A DNA stretch of 64,000 bases. Origin: Candidatus Micrarchaeota archaeon (lineage in GTDB: Archaea; Micrarchaeota; Micrarchaeia; Anstonellales; Bilamarchaeaceae). The stretch is taken from NCBI GenBank assembly GCA_041694885.1, contig JBGFRX010000016.1, positions 86 to 64,085 on the forward strand. Direction: 5' to 3'. Shown here piece by piece: positions 47,038-56,163 of the stretch. The notes below the pieces were generated by a model. That model did no database searches, had not been told where the DNA came from, and worked only from the letters and a program-made list of their open reading frames with translations. The position numbers and the translations under genes are program-made. Every line of letters begins with the position of its first letter. Position 1 is the first letter of the stretch.

Positions 47038-47601
47038 TCACTCCAAAATGGAAACGAAGCGTTCCACCGATTCCGGCAACTTTCCATCCCTGCTCATTAT
47101 TATTGTGGCAGGCGCCCCGGTGAATGCGGAATATGCCGCAAGATAGCCGAAGTTGATTTCAAGATGCTCCGCAATCTCGCCCTTGTTCGCTTCCCTTATC
47201 CTTGTTTTGTCCTTTTTCCGTCTTCCGCATATTTCGTCAACAGTGGCAGAGACAAGCACGAGCCCGTCCACCTTGAGCTTCTTCAGAAGCGCGAACGGCA
47301 GGCCTGGAAGATAGCCCTTTGGCGTTCGTATTGAGCAGTGCGTATCGAGTATGACTTTGCCATCCATTTTCGAGAGCCGTTCCGCGACCGTCTTCTGCAC
47401 CGCCTTCTGCTGCGCCACCGACGTTTTTCGCATTTCGTCCCTGTCCTTTACCCCGTATTTTTCCCCGAATACCCCGAGCATGAGGTCGCCGTAGTTCACT
47501 ATTTTGTATTCCTGCTTCCTTTCCATCACACCCTTGAGCACGGATGTCTTCCCTGCGCCGGGCACTCCCATGACGATTATCATTTCATCCACCTTTTCCA
47601 T
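47038..47601 (-). CDS. adkA: Adenylate kinase (archaeal)
   Basis: GVPGAGKTS, NYGD, RDEMRK, DTHCSI, GYLPGLP. Confidence 0.94.
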   Translation of the reverse strand: MEKVDEMIIVMGVPGAGKTSVLKGVMERKQEYKIVNYGDLMLGVFGEKYGVKDRDEMRKTSVAQQKAVQKTVAERLSKMDGKVILDTHCSIRTPKGYLPGLPFALLKKLKVDGLVLVSATVDEICGRRKKDKTRIREANKGEIAEHLEINFGYLAAYSAFTGAPATIIMSRDGKLPESVERFVSILE

Positions 47602-47647
47602 TTATTTTGGGTTTCCTGTTTCGGGTCTTCGGTTTCGCACTGGTTTG
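47602..47647 (-). repeat. Heptamer array in secY-adk spacer
   Basis: AAACCGA AGACCCG AAACAGG AAACCCA AAATAAA. Confidence 0.65.
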
Positions 47648-47655
47648 AAAAAAAT

Positions 47656-49101
47656 TTATTTCGCAAACATGCTGGCCATCTGCGGGTATACGTCGAACAC
47701 CTTGAGCTTCTCGAATTCTTCGTAGAGCTTGTAAAGGATCCCCACAGTAAGCAATATCCCTGTCCCTGTCCCGAGCGCACCTGTAATGTCACCGAGCCCT
47801 GCAAGAAAGCCGACTGAGGCGCTGCTCGTAATTATGAGTGGATTGATGTATTTCTCAAGCACCTTCTCTAACAAGCGCGGATCCCTCCTGTATCCGGGAA
47901 TCTGGAACCCTGCTCTTCCGAGTTGCTCTGCCACGCTCTTCGCATCCATGCTGCTGGTCTCTGACCAGAATATGCCGAACATGATTGAAATGAGAACGAG
48001 GAAAATCACGTAAGTTATCGCATGCACCCATTCAGGGATTTTGAACGTGGGAGTTGTAGTGTTCGCGAGCGCGTTGAAGTGTGCCATTGTCCCTCCTCCA
48101 GCATAAATCGGGGTAATGAAATACACAAGCCCATCGCGCACCATGTTCTGCGAATCCACCACCCCCAAATAGTCTGCGATGTTGTTTCCGCCCACAGTCC
48201 AGTTTTGCGCCTGCAGCGCTATGATGAGTGGAGCGGAGAATAGCTGGACGTTGAGCAGCAGTGCGGCTGCGAAAATAACTGGGATGTTGGAAACGTAGAA
48301 GAATTTGAGCGGAAGCTTGGGCACCATCCCCCTAGCTGCCTCGTACGCGACAGGTATCTCGACTTTCATGCCTTCTGCGTACACCACTACGAGGAACACC
48401 AGCACAGTGAATACGAACGGCAGCAGCACGAGCAGCGCAGAAGGTATCGCGTCAGCGCCTCCGCCTGCGAGCGTCTCTACTACTCCAGACCCGTAGGGGG
48501 ACGTCTCCAAGGTTCCGAAAACAAGTGCTGAAAGACCTCCCAAAACCGAGAGCGAAACCCCTGCTGCTATGAACAAGCTTATGCCGCTCCCTATCCCGTA
48601 CCTGGAAATCGTCTCGTCTAAGTAGAAAAGTATTATTGCGGCCAATGCGATCTGGAGCGTTACGATGCCCGCAGTAAGTCCGCTGCCGTCCACAAGAATC
48701 GTCTTGCCAGTATATACGAAAATTCCAGCCTCCAGGAATGCGAGAATAAATGCAAGTACTTTCTGCGTTTCGTGGAACTGCTTTTTCTGCGCCGGATTGC
48801 TTAAATCGACATTTATCAGGCCAGCGCCCTTGGACAACTGAAGGAAAATGGAGGCGAGCACTATGGGCCCTATCCCCACTGTGAGGAGCGAACCGATATT
48901 CGAAGCAGTTATGATCTGGAGGAAATCCGTGCTCACTGCCTTCGAGCTCACTCCGAACGCAGTCACGTTATACATCACGTAGAATATCACGAGCGCGGCA
49001 ATAGTCCACATTATCTTTTCCCTGATGGACACCGGCCTGTCCGGAACCCGCACTTCAGGAAGAACCCTTGAAGCAGAAGACATTATTTCCATTATATTCA
49101 T
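47656..49101 (-). CDS. secY: Preprotein translocase SecY
   Basis: GIGPIVLASI, YGIGSGISLFIAAG, FYVSNIPVI, IPGYRRD, GTGILLTV; GGTGA SD before 49101. Confidence 0.97.
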   Translation of the reverse strand: MNIMEIMSSASRVLPEVRVPDRPVSIREKIMWTIAALVIFYVMYNVTAFGVSSKAVSTDFLQIITASNIGSLLTVGIGPIVLASIFLQLSKGAGLINVDLSNPAQKKQFHETQKVLAFILAFLEAGIFVYTGKTILVDGSGLTAGIVTLQIALAAIILFYLDETISRYGIGSGISLFIAAGVSLSVLGGLSALVFGTLETSPYGSGVVETLAGGGADAIPSALLVLLPFVFTVLVFLVVVYAEGMKVEIPVAYEAARGMVPKLPLKFFYVSNIPVIFAAALLLNVQLFSAPLIIALQAQNWTVGGNNIADYLGVVDSQNMVRDGLVYFITPIYAGGGTMAHFNALANTTTPTFKIPEWVHAITYVIFLVLISIMFGIFWSETSSMDAKSVAEQLGRAGFQIPGYRRDPRLLEKVLEKYINPLIITSSASVGFLAGLGDITGALGTGTGILLTVGILYKLYEEFEKLKVFDVYPQMASMFAK

Positions 49102-49260
49102 ACTCTCACCAACGACCAAGGGTTTCAGACGCGGGAAATGCACCAGACTCGGGCTTCCACCCGCAGCTCGTTTTGCCTGTTTTTGCCTGCTTTGCCTATT
49201 CAACGGAAATTTAAAAACATTCAAGAATTATAAACTCTTACGAAAGGAAAAAAATCAAAA

Positions 49261-49674
49261 TCAAGCGGATATCTTTTCAATGGAGCCGCCTGCCTGCCTT
49301 ATCTTCTCTTCGGCTTTCCTGCTCCAACTGCCCGCCTTAACCGCCACTACAACAGTTATTTCGCCTGTGCCTAAAATCTTGCCTTCGAAAGTAAGCTCGT
49401 GCTTCCCCTCCTTTTTCCCGAGCTCGTTCTTCCTTGCCCTGTTCTCTATCTCGAAAACGTTCATCACCTTCATTTCCTGCCTGAGTGGATTCACGAAGCC
49501 GTAGTTTCCGAAGTGCTTTGGCGCGAACTTCACGGTCCACGTCTTCCTGTGCTTGTTCAGCCCTGCACCTCCCACTCCTCCGCGGTTTCCGCTTCCCCTC
49601 CTGTTTTTCACGTTGCCTGCGCCATGCGTCCTGTGGCCGCGCCAGCTCTTCGTCTTCCTGTCTTTTCTTTTCAT
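49261..49674 (-). CDS. rpl15: 50S ribosomal protein L15 (uL15)
   Basis: RGHRTHG, RRGSGNRGG, KILGTG, KIRQAGG. Confidence 0.95.
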   Translation of the reverse strand: MKRKDRKTKSWRGHRTHGAGNVKNRRGSGNRGGVGGAGLNKHRKTWTVKFAPKHFGNYGFVNPLRQEMKVMNVFEIENRARKNELGKKEGKHELTFEGKILGTGEITVVVAVKAGSWSRKAEEKIRQAGGSIEKISA

Positions 49675-49702
49675 GATCATCACCGGCTTCTTTTGGAACG
49701 CC

Positions 49703-50134
49703 CTAAGCCATCCTCCTTATAAGTCCGTTCATGTCCGGCCTCGCCCCGAGATCGCCTATGGGATAGGGCAGCTTAATATTCTTCCAGCCCTTGCTCGGAG
49801 GTCTGAGTGTGAAAACCGGGTCAGCGAATTCCTTCGCCTTCGCTCCATCAATTATCTTTTTCGCAATCGCTGTTATTTCATCCTTTTTGGAAATTTCCGA
49901 AAGCCGCTTCGAGCCCTTTTTCGCCCTCTTTGAAAGCAGGTGCAAAATCGCGCCTTCGTTTATCGGTCCGAATGTGACATAATCCTTCGCAACGTTGAGC
50001 ATGCCCTTCACATATTCCGAGTCGTCCATAAGGACGCAGTGGTTCGGCCTGCGCAGATTGAGAAGCTCGAGCGTCTTTCTTATCTTCTGCTTCATGTTCC
50101 TCCTTCCACGCACCCTTATTATCGCAATCTTCAT
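49703..50134 (-). CDS. rpl30: 50S ribosomal protein L30 (uL30)
   Basis: IIRVRG, TLELLNL, LRPPSKG, LIRRM. Confidence 0.95.
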   Translation of the reverse strand: MKIAIIRVRGRRNMKQKIRKTLELLNLRRPNHCVLMDDSEYVKGMLNVAKDYVTFGPINEGAILHLLSKRAKKGSKRLSEISKKDEITAIAKKIIDGAKAKEFADPVFTLRPPSKGWKNIKLPYPIGDLGARPDMNGLIRRMA

Positions 50135-50162
50135 CGTGTTCACCTAAGCCAAAATTTCAAAA

Positions 50163-50819
50163 TCACTGCGTGTTTCCTTCAAGTCCCCGGACTATGTCCG
50201 GCTTCACCATGGATATGTTCTGGAGCGCCCGCACAGTCGCCATCGCAGTATTGTAAACGTTATTAGTGTTCCCGCTCGTGGTGCTCCATGCGTCCTTCAC
50301 CCCTGCTACCAAAAGCACTTTTTTCACAGTCGCGTTCGACGCGAGCCCAAGCCCCTTGGGCGCAGGTTTGAGCACCACTATGGTGCTTCCTTCTTTCCCC
50401 CGTGTCACCTTGGGTATGGAATGCATGGAATGACATTTGCACTCCCACGAGCCGCAGCCCATCCTCAGTGAAATCATGTTCTTCTTAGCATCCCTTATCG
50501 CGTAATCCAGGCCTGGCTTTATTTCGTCGCATTTGCCCACGCCTATTCCAACATGGCCCATGCGGTCGCCCACGACCACAACCACGCGGAACTGTATCTT
50601 CCTTCCGGAATCGGTCACACGCTGAGTGCTTTTTATGAGCAGCGTCTCTGCTTCCATCTGCTGGAGCAGCACATCGGTGATTTCTGGCTCGAGAATGGGC
50701 CTGCCGAGCTCTGTTATCTGCTCAAGCGAGGTTATCTCTCCGCCCTTCACCATGCGCCCGAGCTCCGTTTTAGGATTCCAGCGCTCCTTGTCAACGACAG
50801 TTACCTTTTCGCTCATCAT
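50163..50819 (-). CDS. rps5: 30S ribosomal protein S5 (uS5)
   Basis: WNPKTELGRMV, GCGSWEC, PAPKGLGL. Confidence 0.96.
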   Translation of the reverse strand: MMSEKVTVVDKERWNPKTELGRMVKGGEITSLEQITELGRPILEPEITDVLLQQMEAETLLIKSTQRVTDSGRKIQFRVVVVVGDRMGHVGIGVGKCDEIKPGLDYAIRDAKKNMISLRMGCGSWECKCHSMHSIPKVTRGKEGSTIVVLKPAPKGLGLASNATVKKVLLVAGVKDAWSTTSGNTNNVYNTAMATVRALQNISMVKPDIVRGLEGNTQ

Positions 50820-50826
50820 CAGCACC

Positions 50827-51312
50827 TTATGAGAGTATTTTTTTCTTCGCTTCCTCGAATTCATTCTTGAGTTTGAGGTGCGTGCCGTCCAGCCGCTCTG
50901 CCACAACTACGCTTTCGTCGAAAGGCATCGCTATTCCTGCGTCTCTTGCGCCCTTCACTGCTGCGAACACCACTGCTCCTTTGGATGCAGTTGTATTTAT
51001 GTCCGCTATCGCTTCGCTTACTCCTTTTGCCTTCGCCTGTTTCCCTGCATAAAGGCCTGCAAGGTAGGCAGTGGGTGTGTTGCACTTAGCAGGGAAATTC
51101 GAAATTTTCCTAAGTTGTGAGGAATGCATCGAGTAAATCGTCCTGTCCCCTTTTTCCGAGTACTGCACGAACTGGAGCACGAAGCCCTTATTCGAGCGCC
51201 TTATCACCAGCCGTGTTTTCCCGCATTTCACTGCAGCGAGCCGCTTCGCGTAGTCAGTCTTCCCTTCCCTCCTTCTCCGGAAAGGCATTATGAACGTGGT
51301 CTTGATTTTCAT
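50827..51312 (-). CDS. rpl18: 50S ribosomal protein L18 (uL18)
   Basis: FRRRREGKTDY, RLVIRRSNK, NTPTAYLAG. Confidence 0.95.
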   Translation of the reverse strand: MKIKTTFIMPFRRRREGKTDYAKRLAAVKCGKTRLVIRRSNKGFVLQFVQYSEKGDRTIYSMHSSQLRKISNFPAKCNTPTAYLAGLYAGKQAKAKGVSEAIADINTTASKGAVVFAAVKGARDAGIAMPFDESVVVAERLDGTHLKLKNEFEEAKKKILS

Positions 51313-51477
51313 TTCAGCACCTTTATCAAATTCATTTTTTTACTTTTTATCGAGTCCATTTAACCATCATTTTATTTTTTTTATTATTTTGCGTTCTGGC
51401 CCAATTTAATTCATCTTCTGCGTTCATTTCATCTGGTTCGCATTATCATTCCCTTTCGCTTTTCTTCAATAATTGAT

Positions 51478-51915
51478 TTATTTTTTCGTTTCAGCTTTTT
51501 CAATATACAGCCTGTTGTCCTTGAGGTACATGAGCATGGCTTTCTTTCCCCTGAACGCGCCTCCCTTTATCCTCATGTACACGCCGCGCTTGTTTTTTCT
51601 CTCCACATTTCCTTCCGCAACGAGCTGCGCGAGATATTTCCTCTGCGCCCTCACGTTGATCATCCACTTCTCCTTTTCAGGAGTGCGGGAATTCATGCTT
51701 CCTCTGCGCGAGCCGCCTAGTTTCCGTTTCCTCCTGTTCATTACCTTGAAGCCGGGCTTCCTCTTTACGTAAACCACTCCGTCCTTTATGAGTTTCCTTA
51801 CGTCCTCGCGCGTGAGCGCGCTTTCCGCCCTTCCAATTTCCCCGCTCTTTATGCGGATTTTACTTTCCCCTGCGCCCAAAATGTCGGCAGCGAGGCGTTT
51901 TACCGTTGAAAGCAT
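51478..51915 (-). CDS. rpl19e: 50S ribosomal protein L19e
   Basis: KRLAADIL, TREDVRKLIKDG, WMINVRAQR, KGGAF. Confidence 0.95.
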   Translation of the reverse strand: MLSTVKRLAADILGAGESKIRIKSGEIGRAESALTREDVRKLIKDGVVYVKRKPGFKVMNRRKRKLGGSRRGSMNSRTPEKEKWMINVRAQRKYLAQLVAEGNVERKNKRGVYMRIKGGAFRGKKAMLMYLKDNRLYIEKAETKK

Positions 51916-51930
51916 TTCATCACCATTAAA

Positions 51931-52269
51931 TCAATTGAGCAGCGTAATTTTCATCTCCGCAGCAATCTTCCTCATCTCCTCTTTTTTCCTTTTTCCGATT
52001 CCGGCAGCGAGTCGGGCAGCAAGTTTTTCCTTTGCCGAGAGTGCCCTGAGTTCGTTCGCATTGTGCACCAGCACCTCGAAAACCCCTGAAGGGTGCATTC
52101 CCCTGATCTCACTGGCATTCTTGTATCCGATGCGCGGACTCGCCCCTGCGAACGCGAACCGTACTCTTTTCTTGCTATCCGTTCCGCGCGGCTTCCTCCA
52201 TCTCTCCTTCACTCTTTTCTTGAAGCCCGCGTTCGGGACATTGAATTTTGGTTTGGATTTTTTTTCCAT
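51931..52269 (-). CDS. rpl32e: 50S ribosomal protein L32e
   Basis: KPKF, WRKPRGTDSK, IGY, RGMHPSG. Confidence 0.95.
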   Translation of the reverse strand: MEKKSKPKFNVPNAGFKKRVKERWRKPRGTDSKKRVRFAFAGASPRIGYKNASEIRGMHPSGVFEVLVHNANELRALSAKEKLAARLAAGIGKRKKEEMRKIAAEMKITLLN

Positions 52270-52278
52270 CTCATTCAC

Positions 52279-52779
52279 CTAAACGAACTCGTATGCGCCG
52301 TCCTGGAACACCCTGCAGTCCTTTTTCTTTATGCGGAGCGCGCGCCTGAAATTCGCAATCGTCTGACCCACCCCGTCCTTGTCCGGACCTGAAACAGTAA
52401 CCTCTTGCCCCTTTGCCTCGACCTTGGTGCTGCCTATGAGCCGGAACACGCGCGGTTGCCTTTCGCCGAGCAGGTTCTTCACATTGACTTTGTCTCCCTT
52501 TACTTCGAGCGTGAATGGGAAGTGCGCGTATATGAGCTTGAGCTTCCTGACGTATCCGTTGCGCACCCCCTCGACCATATTCTTCACGTGCGCCTCGAGC
52601 GTCCCCTTCAGCGCAGGCGTGGGTGCAGACACCTCGACCTTTCCTTCTTCTGCCTTTATTTTCACGCCCTGCGCTTTGAATGTCTTTTCAACATTTCCCT
52701 TCGGCCCGTTCGCCTTGACCGTGAGGCCGTCAGCGCTTACTGCGACCGTGATTCCCTGAGGTATTTCCACTGCCATCAT
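52279..52779 (-). CDS. rpl6: 50S ribosomal protein L6 (uL6)
   Basis: GPKG, YAHFP, NLLGERQPR, DCRVFQDGAY. Confidence 0.95.
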   Translation of the reverse strand: MMAVEIPQGITVAVSADGLTVKANGPKGNVEKTFKAQGVKIKAEEGKVEVSAPTPALKGTLEAHVKNMVEGVRNGYVRKLKLIYAHFPFTLEVKGDKVNVKNLLGERQPRVFRLIGSTKVEAKGQEVTVSGPDKDGVGQTIANFRRALRIKKKDCRVFQDGAYEFV

Positions 52780-52785
52780 GAACAC

Positions 52786-53169
52786 CTAATATACGTATGC
52801 GATGAGCCGGCCGCCTATGCCCTTCTCCTGCGCCTCCATATTGGTGACTATTCCATTCGAAGTTGAGACGATTATCACTCCTATGTTGTACGCGGGAAGG
52901 AAGCGCTGCTCGAACTGCGGCCAGTCGCCCTTCTTGACTGGGAAGCGCGGTTTCACAACTCCTGCCTCGTTTATCTTTCCAGCGAGCTCGATCTCGTACT
53001 TGTTTCCCCTGCCGTCTTCCCTAAGGCGATAGGACGCGATGTAGCCCTGGTCCTTGAGTATCCCGAGCACCCTCGCTATGAGTTTGGACGCTTTCACCGT
53101 GCAGTACCTCTGCCCAGCAATCTCGTGCGTTTTCATAGTGTTGAGCGCATCAGCGAGAATATCCATCAT
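52786..53169 (-). CDS. rps8: 30S ribosomal protein S8 (uS8)
   Basis: DILADAL, GKIN..GVVKPRF, VSTSNG, GGRLIAYVY. Confidence 0.96.
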   Translation of the reverse strand: MMDILADALNTMKTHEIAGQRYCTVKASKLIARVLGILKDQGYIASYRLREDGRGNKYEIELAGKINEAGVVKPRFPVKKGDWPQFEQRFLPAYNIGVIIVSTSNGIVTNMEAQEKGIGGRLIAYVY

Positions 53170-53174
53170 ATCAC

Positions 53175-53336
53175 CTAATATTTCCTGAAGTTGATATGCT
53201 CCGCGACTTCGCGGAAGCACCTCCTGCACACGTGAAGGTTGTATTTCCTTATTACCGCGCGCGCATTGCCGCATATTCTGCACTTCCTCGTGCCCTTTGC
53301 CTTGTATTTTTCCTCGAGCGGAACCTTTGCCATCAT
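53175..53336 (-). CDS. rps14: 30S ribosomal protein S14 (Zn type)
   Basis: CRICG...IRKYNLHVCRRCFRE...FRKY. Confidence 0.95.
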   Translation of the reverse strand: MMAKVPLEEKYKAKGTRKCRICGNARAVIRKYNLHVCRRCFREVAEHINFRKY

Positions 53337-53359
53337 CGCACCTTCAACATCATTGCATT

Positions 53360-53920
53360 TCACTGTTCTTCAAATTTCGCCTTGAGTTTCGTCTTGGCGA
53401 ATTCCACTGCCTCCTCTTGTTTTATAGCGTGCTTTCTGCCCGTTTTTGCGCTCCTTCTCATCCTTTCCGAAACGCGCTTACCCTTTCTCTTGAGAGTTAC
53501 ACACACGTCGAACCCGAACACCCCAACCTTGGGATCGTATTTCGCGCCAGGGAAGTCAATATACTCCTTCACTCCGAACGAGAAATTCCCGGTCCTGTCG
53601 AAATTCCTCCTCTCCAATTTCCTTTTCCTCGAATCAAGCGCCCTGTTCAGGAAGTCGAGCGCCTTAGCTTCCCTGAACGTGGTCTTCAGGCCTATCGGAA
53701 GCCCGACCCTCAATTTGAAAACAGGATTCCTTTTCTTCGCCTTGGTCTCCACGAATTTCGAGCCCGTGAGCCGTTCCATGAATTCCTTCACTCCATCGAG
53801 CCGCTCGCCGGGCGAGCCGATGCCCAAATTGACCGTAACCTTGTCCACGAGTATTTCCCTCATCGGGTTTCCCGTCTCCAGTTTCCCGTCTCCTGTCCCG
53901 GATTCCGAGTTTCCTGCCAT
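53360..53920 (-). CDS. rpl5: 50S ribosomal protein L5 (uL5) with repeat-derived N-terminal extension
   Basis: NPMREI, KVTVNLG, GNFSFG, YDPKVGVFGFD. Confidence 0.96.
   Translation of the reverse strand: MAGNSESGTGDGKLETGNPMREILVDKVTVNLGIGSPGERLDGVKEFMERLTGSKFVETKAKKRNPVFKLRVGLPIGLKTTFREAKALDFLNRALDSRKRKLERRNFDRTGNFSFGVKEYIDFPGAKYDPKVGVFGFDVCVTLKRKGKRVSERMRRSAKTGRKHAIKQEEAVEFAKTKLKAKFEEQ
53864..53912 (-). repeat. Heptamer array (7 units) in rpl5 5' end
   Basis: AAACTCG GAATCCG GGACAGG AGACGGG AAACTGG AGACGGG AAACCCG. Confidence 0.75.
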
Positions 53921-53922
53921 GA

Positions 53923-54621
53923 TCATGCACCCTCGTAGCTTTCGTCAATCACGAAAAGGTATTTCGCGAGTGTTATGAATTCCACTTCGTTCTTCAGCCG
54001 CGCCTCCGGCCATTCGCCCTCCCTTCTTATCACTGCCTCGAGCTTCGCAACTGTTCCAGCGTGCTTCCCGTCAGTAACGAGACATTTCGCCCCTTCCTCG
54101 AATTTCAGCACCTTTCCCAGCTTCTGTTCAGGAACCGATATGATTACCGTGTCCCCGACTGCGACATTGTTGTCCGCCTCCATGTTCCTGCCATCGTGGA
54201 GCGTGATGTTTATCTTCCCTTTCTTCACAGTGCGCTTTCCAACAACCTTACCAAGCTTGTTTCCATCCTTCTTTATTTCAGAAGGCACGAGCTGCGCCTT
54301 CCTGTTCACGATTATGCGGTACGTTTTGCCTGCACTTGGGAATGATACCATATCCATGAGGCCAACTGCGAGGCGCTCGTTCCTTCTCGCCTTTCCGTCC
54401 ACGAGCACCTGTTTCGAATTGAGGGTCTTGCGCGTCTCAGCAGCGCTCCTCGTTATCTTCAGTACATCCCTCAAAAGAACCCCGAGGGGAATCGCCTTCT
54501 CCTTCGGATGCGCGCCTGCTTCGCTGCTCATCATGAACCTGCTCGCTTTCCTGTCGCTCAGCGGTATCGCCTTTGGAGCCGCGAGCCGCTTCGTATGATA
54601 AGTCCCTCCTTTTTTCGCCAT
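53923..54621 (-). CDS. rps4e: 30S ribosomal protein S4e
   Basis: HTKRLAAP, IPLGVLLRD, VGLMD, LHDGRN, GKHAG. Confidence 0.96.
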   Translation of the reverse strand: MAKKGGTYHTKRLAAPKAIPLSDRKASRFMMSSEAGAHPKEKAIPLGVLLRDVLKITRSAAETRKTLNSKQVLVDGKARRNERLAVGLMDMVSFPSAGKTYRIIVNRKAQLVPSEIKKDGNKLGKVVGKRTVKKGKINITLHDGRNMEADNNVAVGDTVIISVPEQKLGKVLKFEEGAKCLVTDGKHAGTVAKLEAVIRREGEWPEARLKNEVEFITLAKYLFVIDESYEGA

Positions 54622-54645
54622 TTTTACACCTTATCCATAATCATC

Positions 54646-55032
54646 TTAGACCTTCGGCCCTTCTACCTCAGCCGTTTTTTCCTTTTCCCCAGTTCCGAAC
54701 TTCTTCTTCCTCTCTTTGCTCATATTCAATTCCGTGAGCGCGAGGTTGGATGGATGGAAAGGAATCAGCATCTCGGTGCCCTTCGCGTTCTTGTGCGAAA
54801 TGCCCTCTATATAAACCCTGAGCTGGTTGTAATTGACTTTTGCGACCTTCGCGTTTTTTCCCGCGTGCGCTCCGCGCATCACCTTCACATTATCGCCCTT
54901 GTTCACGAGCAGCGCCCTTTTCTTCGTCCCGAGCTTTGCCTTGAGCTCCCTGGATAGGTGAACGTGCATCCTCTTTGCGCGCTCGTGTAGCACTGCTTCG
55001 TAGTGCATTTTCCTTTCGCGGTCTCTTTTCAT
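54646..55032 (-). CDS. rpl24: 50S ribosomal protein L24 (uL24)
   Basis: LSRELK, KGDNVKVMRG, HPSNL. Confidence 0.95.
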   Translation of the reverse strand: MKRDRERKMHYEAVLHERAKRMHVHLSRELKAKLGTKKRALLVNKGDNVKVMRGAHAGKNAKVAKVNYNQLRVYIEGISHKNAKGTEMLIPFHPSNLALTELNMSKERKKKFGTGEKEKTAEVEGPKV

Positions 55033-55042
55033 CCGGACACCA

Positions 55043-55444
55043 TCATATTACCGCAGGCGCAATTGCAGTTACCTTGGGATACCTTTCGAATACCTCCTTT
55101 GCCACCGCGCCCTTGATTTCCGTCCCTACTGGAAGGCCGTCCTCTGTTATGAGCACCGCCGCGTTGTCCTCGAATTCTACGGTGAATCCGTTTGCTCTCT
55201 TGAACGGCATCTTCTGTCTGATTATGAGTGCTCTGACAACCTTTTTTATTATCTCCGGCTTGCCCTTTTTTACCGATGCAATCACGACGTCCCCGATTCC
55301 CGCAGCAGGGTAGCGGTTCCGCACTCCCCTGAGGTTGAGCACGTTTATTATCTCTACCTCTTTCGCTCCGCTGTTGTCGTGGCACTGTATCCTGCTCCCA
55401 ACCTGCAGCCCGCGAGTGATATGCGATCCGGCAAGCCCTTTCAT
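55043..55444 (-). CDS. rpl14: 50S ribosomal protein L14 (uL14)
   Basis: DNSGAK, AGIGD, SVKKGKP, FEDNAAV. Confidence 0.97.
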   Translation of the reverse strand: MKGLAGSHITRGLQVGSRIQCHDNSGAKEVEIINVLNLRGVRNRYPAAGIGDVVIASVKKGKPEIIKKVVRALIIRQKMPFKRANGFTVEFEDNAAVLITEDGLPVGTEIKGAVAKEVFERYPKVTAIAPAVI

Positions 55445-55474
55445 TTCAAATCACCAGAATAATTTTTTATAGAA

Positions 55475-55783
55475 TTATTTCTTGTACTCATTAGAGACGA
55501 TCTCAAGCACAGTCCATGCCTTGGTCTTGCTTATCTTCCTCGTCTCGCCTATGCGCACTATGTCCCCGTATTTGGCGTTTATGCACTGTGGATTGTGCGC
55601 AGGCACCCTGCTAACCTTCTTCGAAATCCTGTTGTACTTGGGCATTATGCTCGAGATGTTCCTTTCAACTATGACCGTTCTCTTTCCCCGGTCGCTCACG
55701 ATCCTGCCCTCTATCCTGCTTCCCCTGACTTTGATGCTGCCATGGACATAGCAGTTCTTGTCACCGCATTTGGCTTCAGCCAT
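55475..55783 (-). CDS. rps17p: 30S ribosomal protein S17 (uS17)
   Basis: CGDKNCYVHG, AHNPQC, GETRKISKTK. Confidence 0.95.
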   Translation of the reverse strand: MAEAKCGDKNCYVHGSIKVRGSRIEGRIVSDRGKRTVIVERNISSIMPKYNRISKKVSRVPAHNPQCINAKYGDIVRIGETRKISKTKAWTVLEIVSNEYKK

Positions 55784-55965
55784 TTTTTCACCACATGAAT
55801 TTATGTTCGCAACTTCGGCTCAACACCTAAAGAAGCGTAAAGCATACTCAACTCAAATGCGCTTTCTCCGCTCAGTTTCGATTCGTTCCATCAGGAACGA
55901 GTGTCGCAACTTCGGGCATCCGCATCCTTAAGAAGGACTCTTGAGCAGTTGCCCTGAGGGCGCAA
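55784..55965 (-). promoter_or_regulatory. Long structured 5' leader of the rps17p operon
   Basis: TATA at 55989-55996; hairpins GCCC/GGGC, TCCTT/AAGGA, TCGTTCC/GGAACGA, AAGCG/CGCTT; 12-nt repeat CCGAAGTTGCGA twice. Confidence 0.55.
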
Positions 55966-56022
55966 TTTTTAGATTATAGAGCGCGGGGTTTATAAATATG
56001 AGTGCCGTGTATTGGGAAGTGC

Positions 56023-56085
56023 ATATTGTCACCTTATTCGGGGATTCGTTCCCGAGAAACTTGCCTCGTTTAAGGTGACTTATAT
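56023..56085 (+). ncRNA. Candidate small three-way-junction RNA
   Basis: GTCACCTTA/TAAGGTGAC closing TTCGGGGA-TTCG-TTCCCGAG and AAAC/GTTT hairpins; about 26 nt downstream of TTTATAAA. Confidence 0.45.
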
Positions 56086-56163
56086 TCAGAAAAATTTACG
56101 AAACTTTCGTTATGTTGTTTACGGCGCAATTCGCAGCGGGCTCGATTTTCAAGCTATATTTTT

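Noticed and set aside
4824..53336. General loss of zinc fingers
   Set aside because: L37Ae, L34e, S14 and EndoQ retain Cys motifs; loss is limited to RpoP and the E1-like protein
56023..56085. Hammerhead ribozyme (GAAAC..GTTT present)
   Set aside because: CUGANGA core absent; also absent in the rrp42 insert
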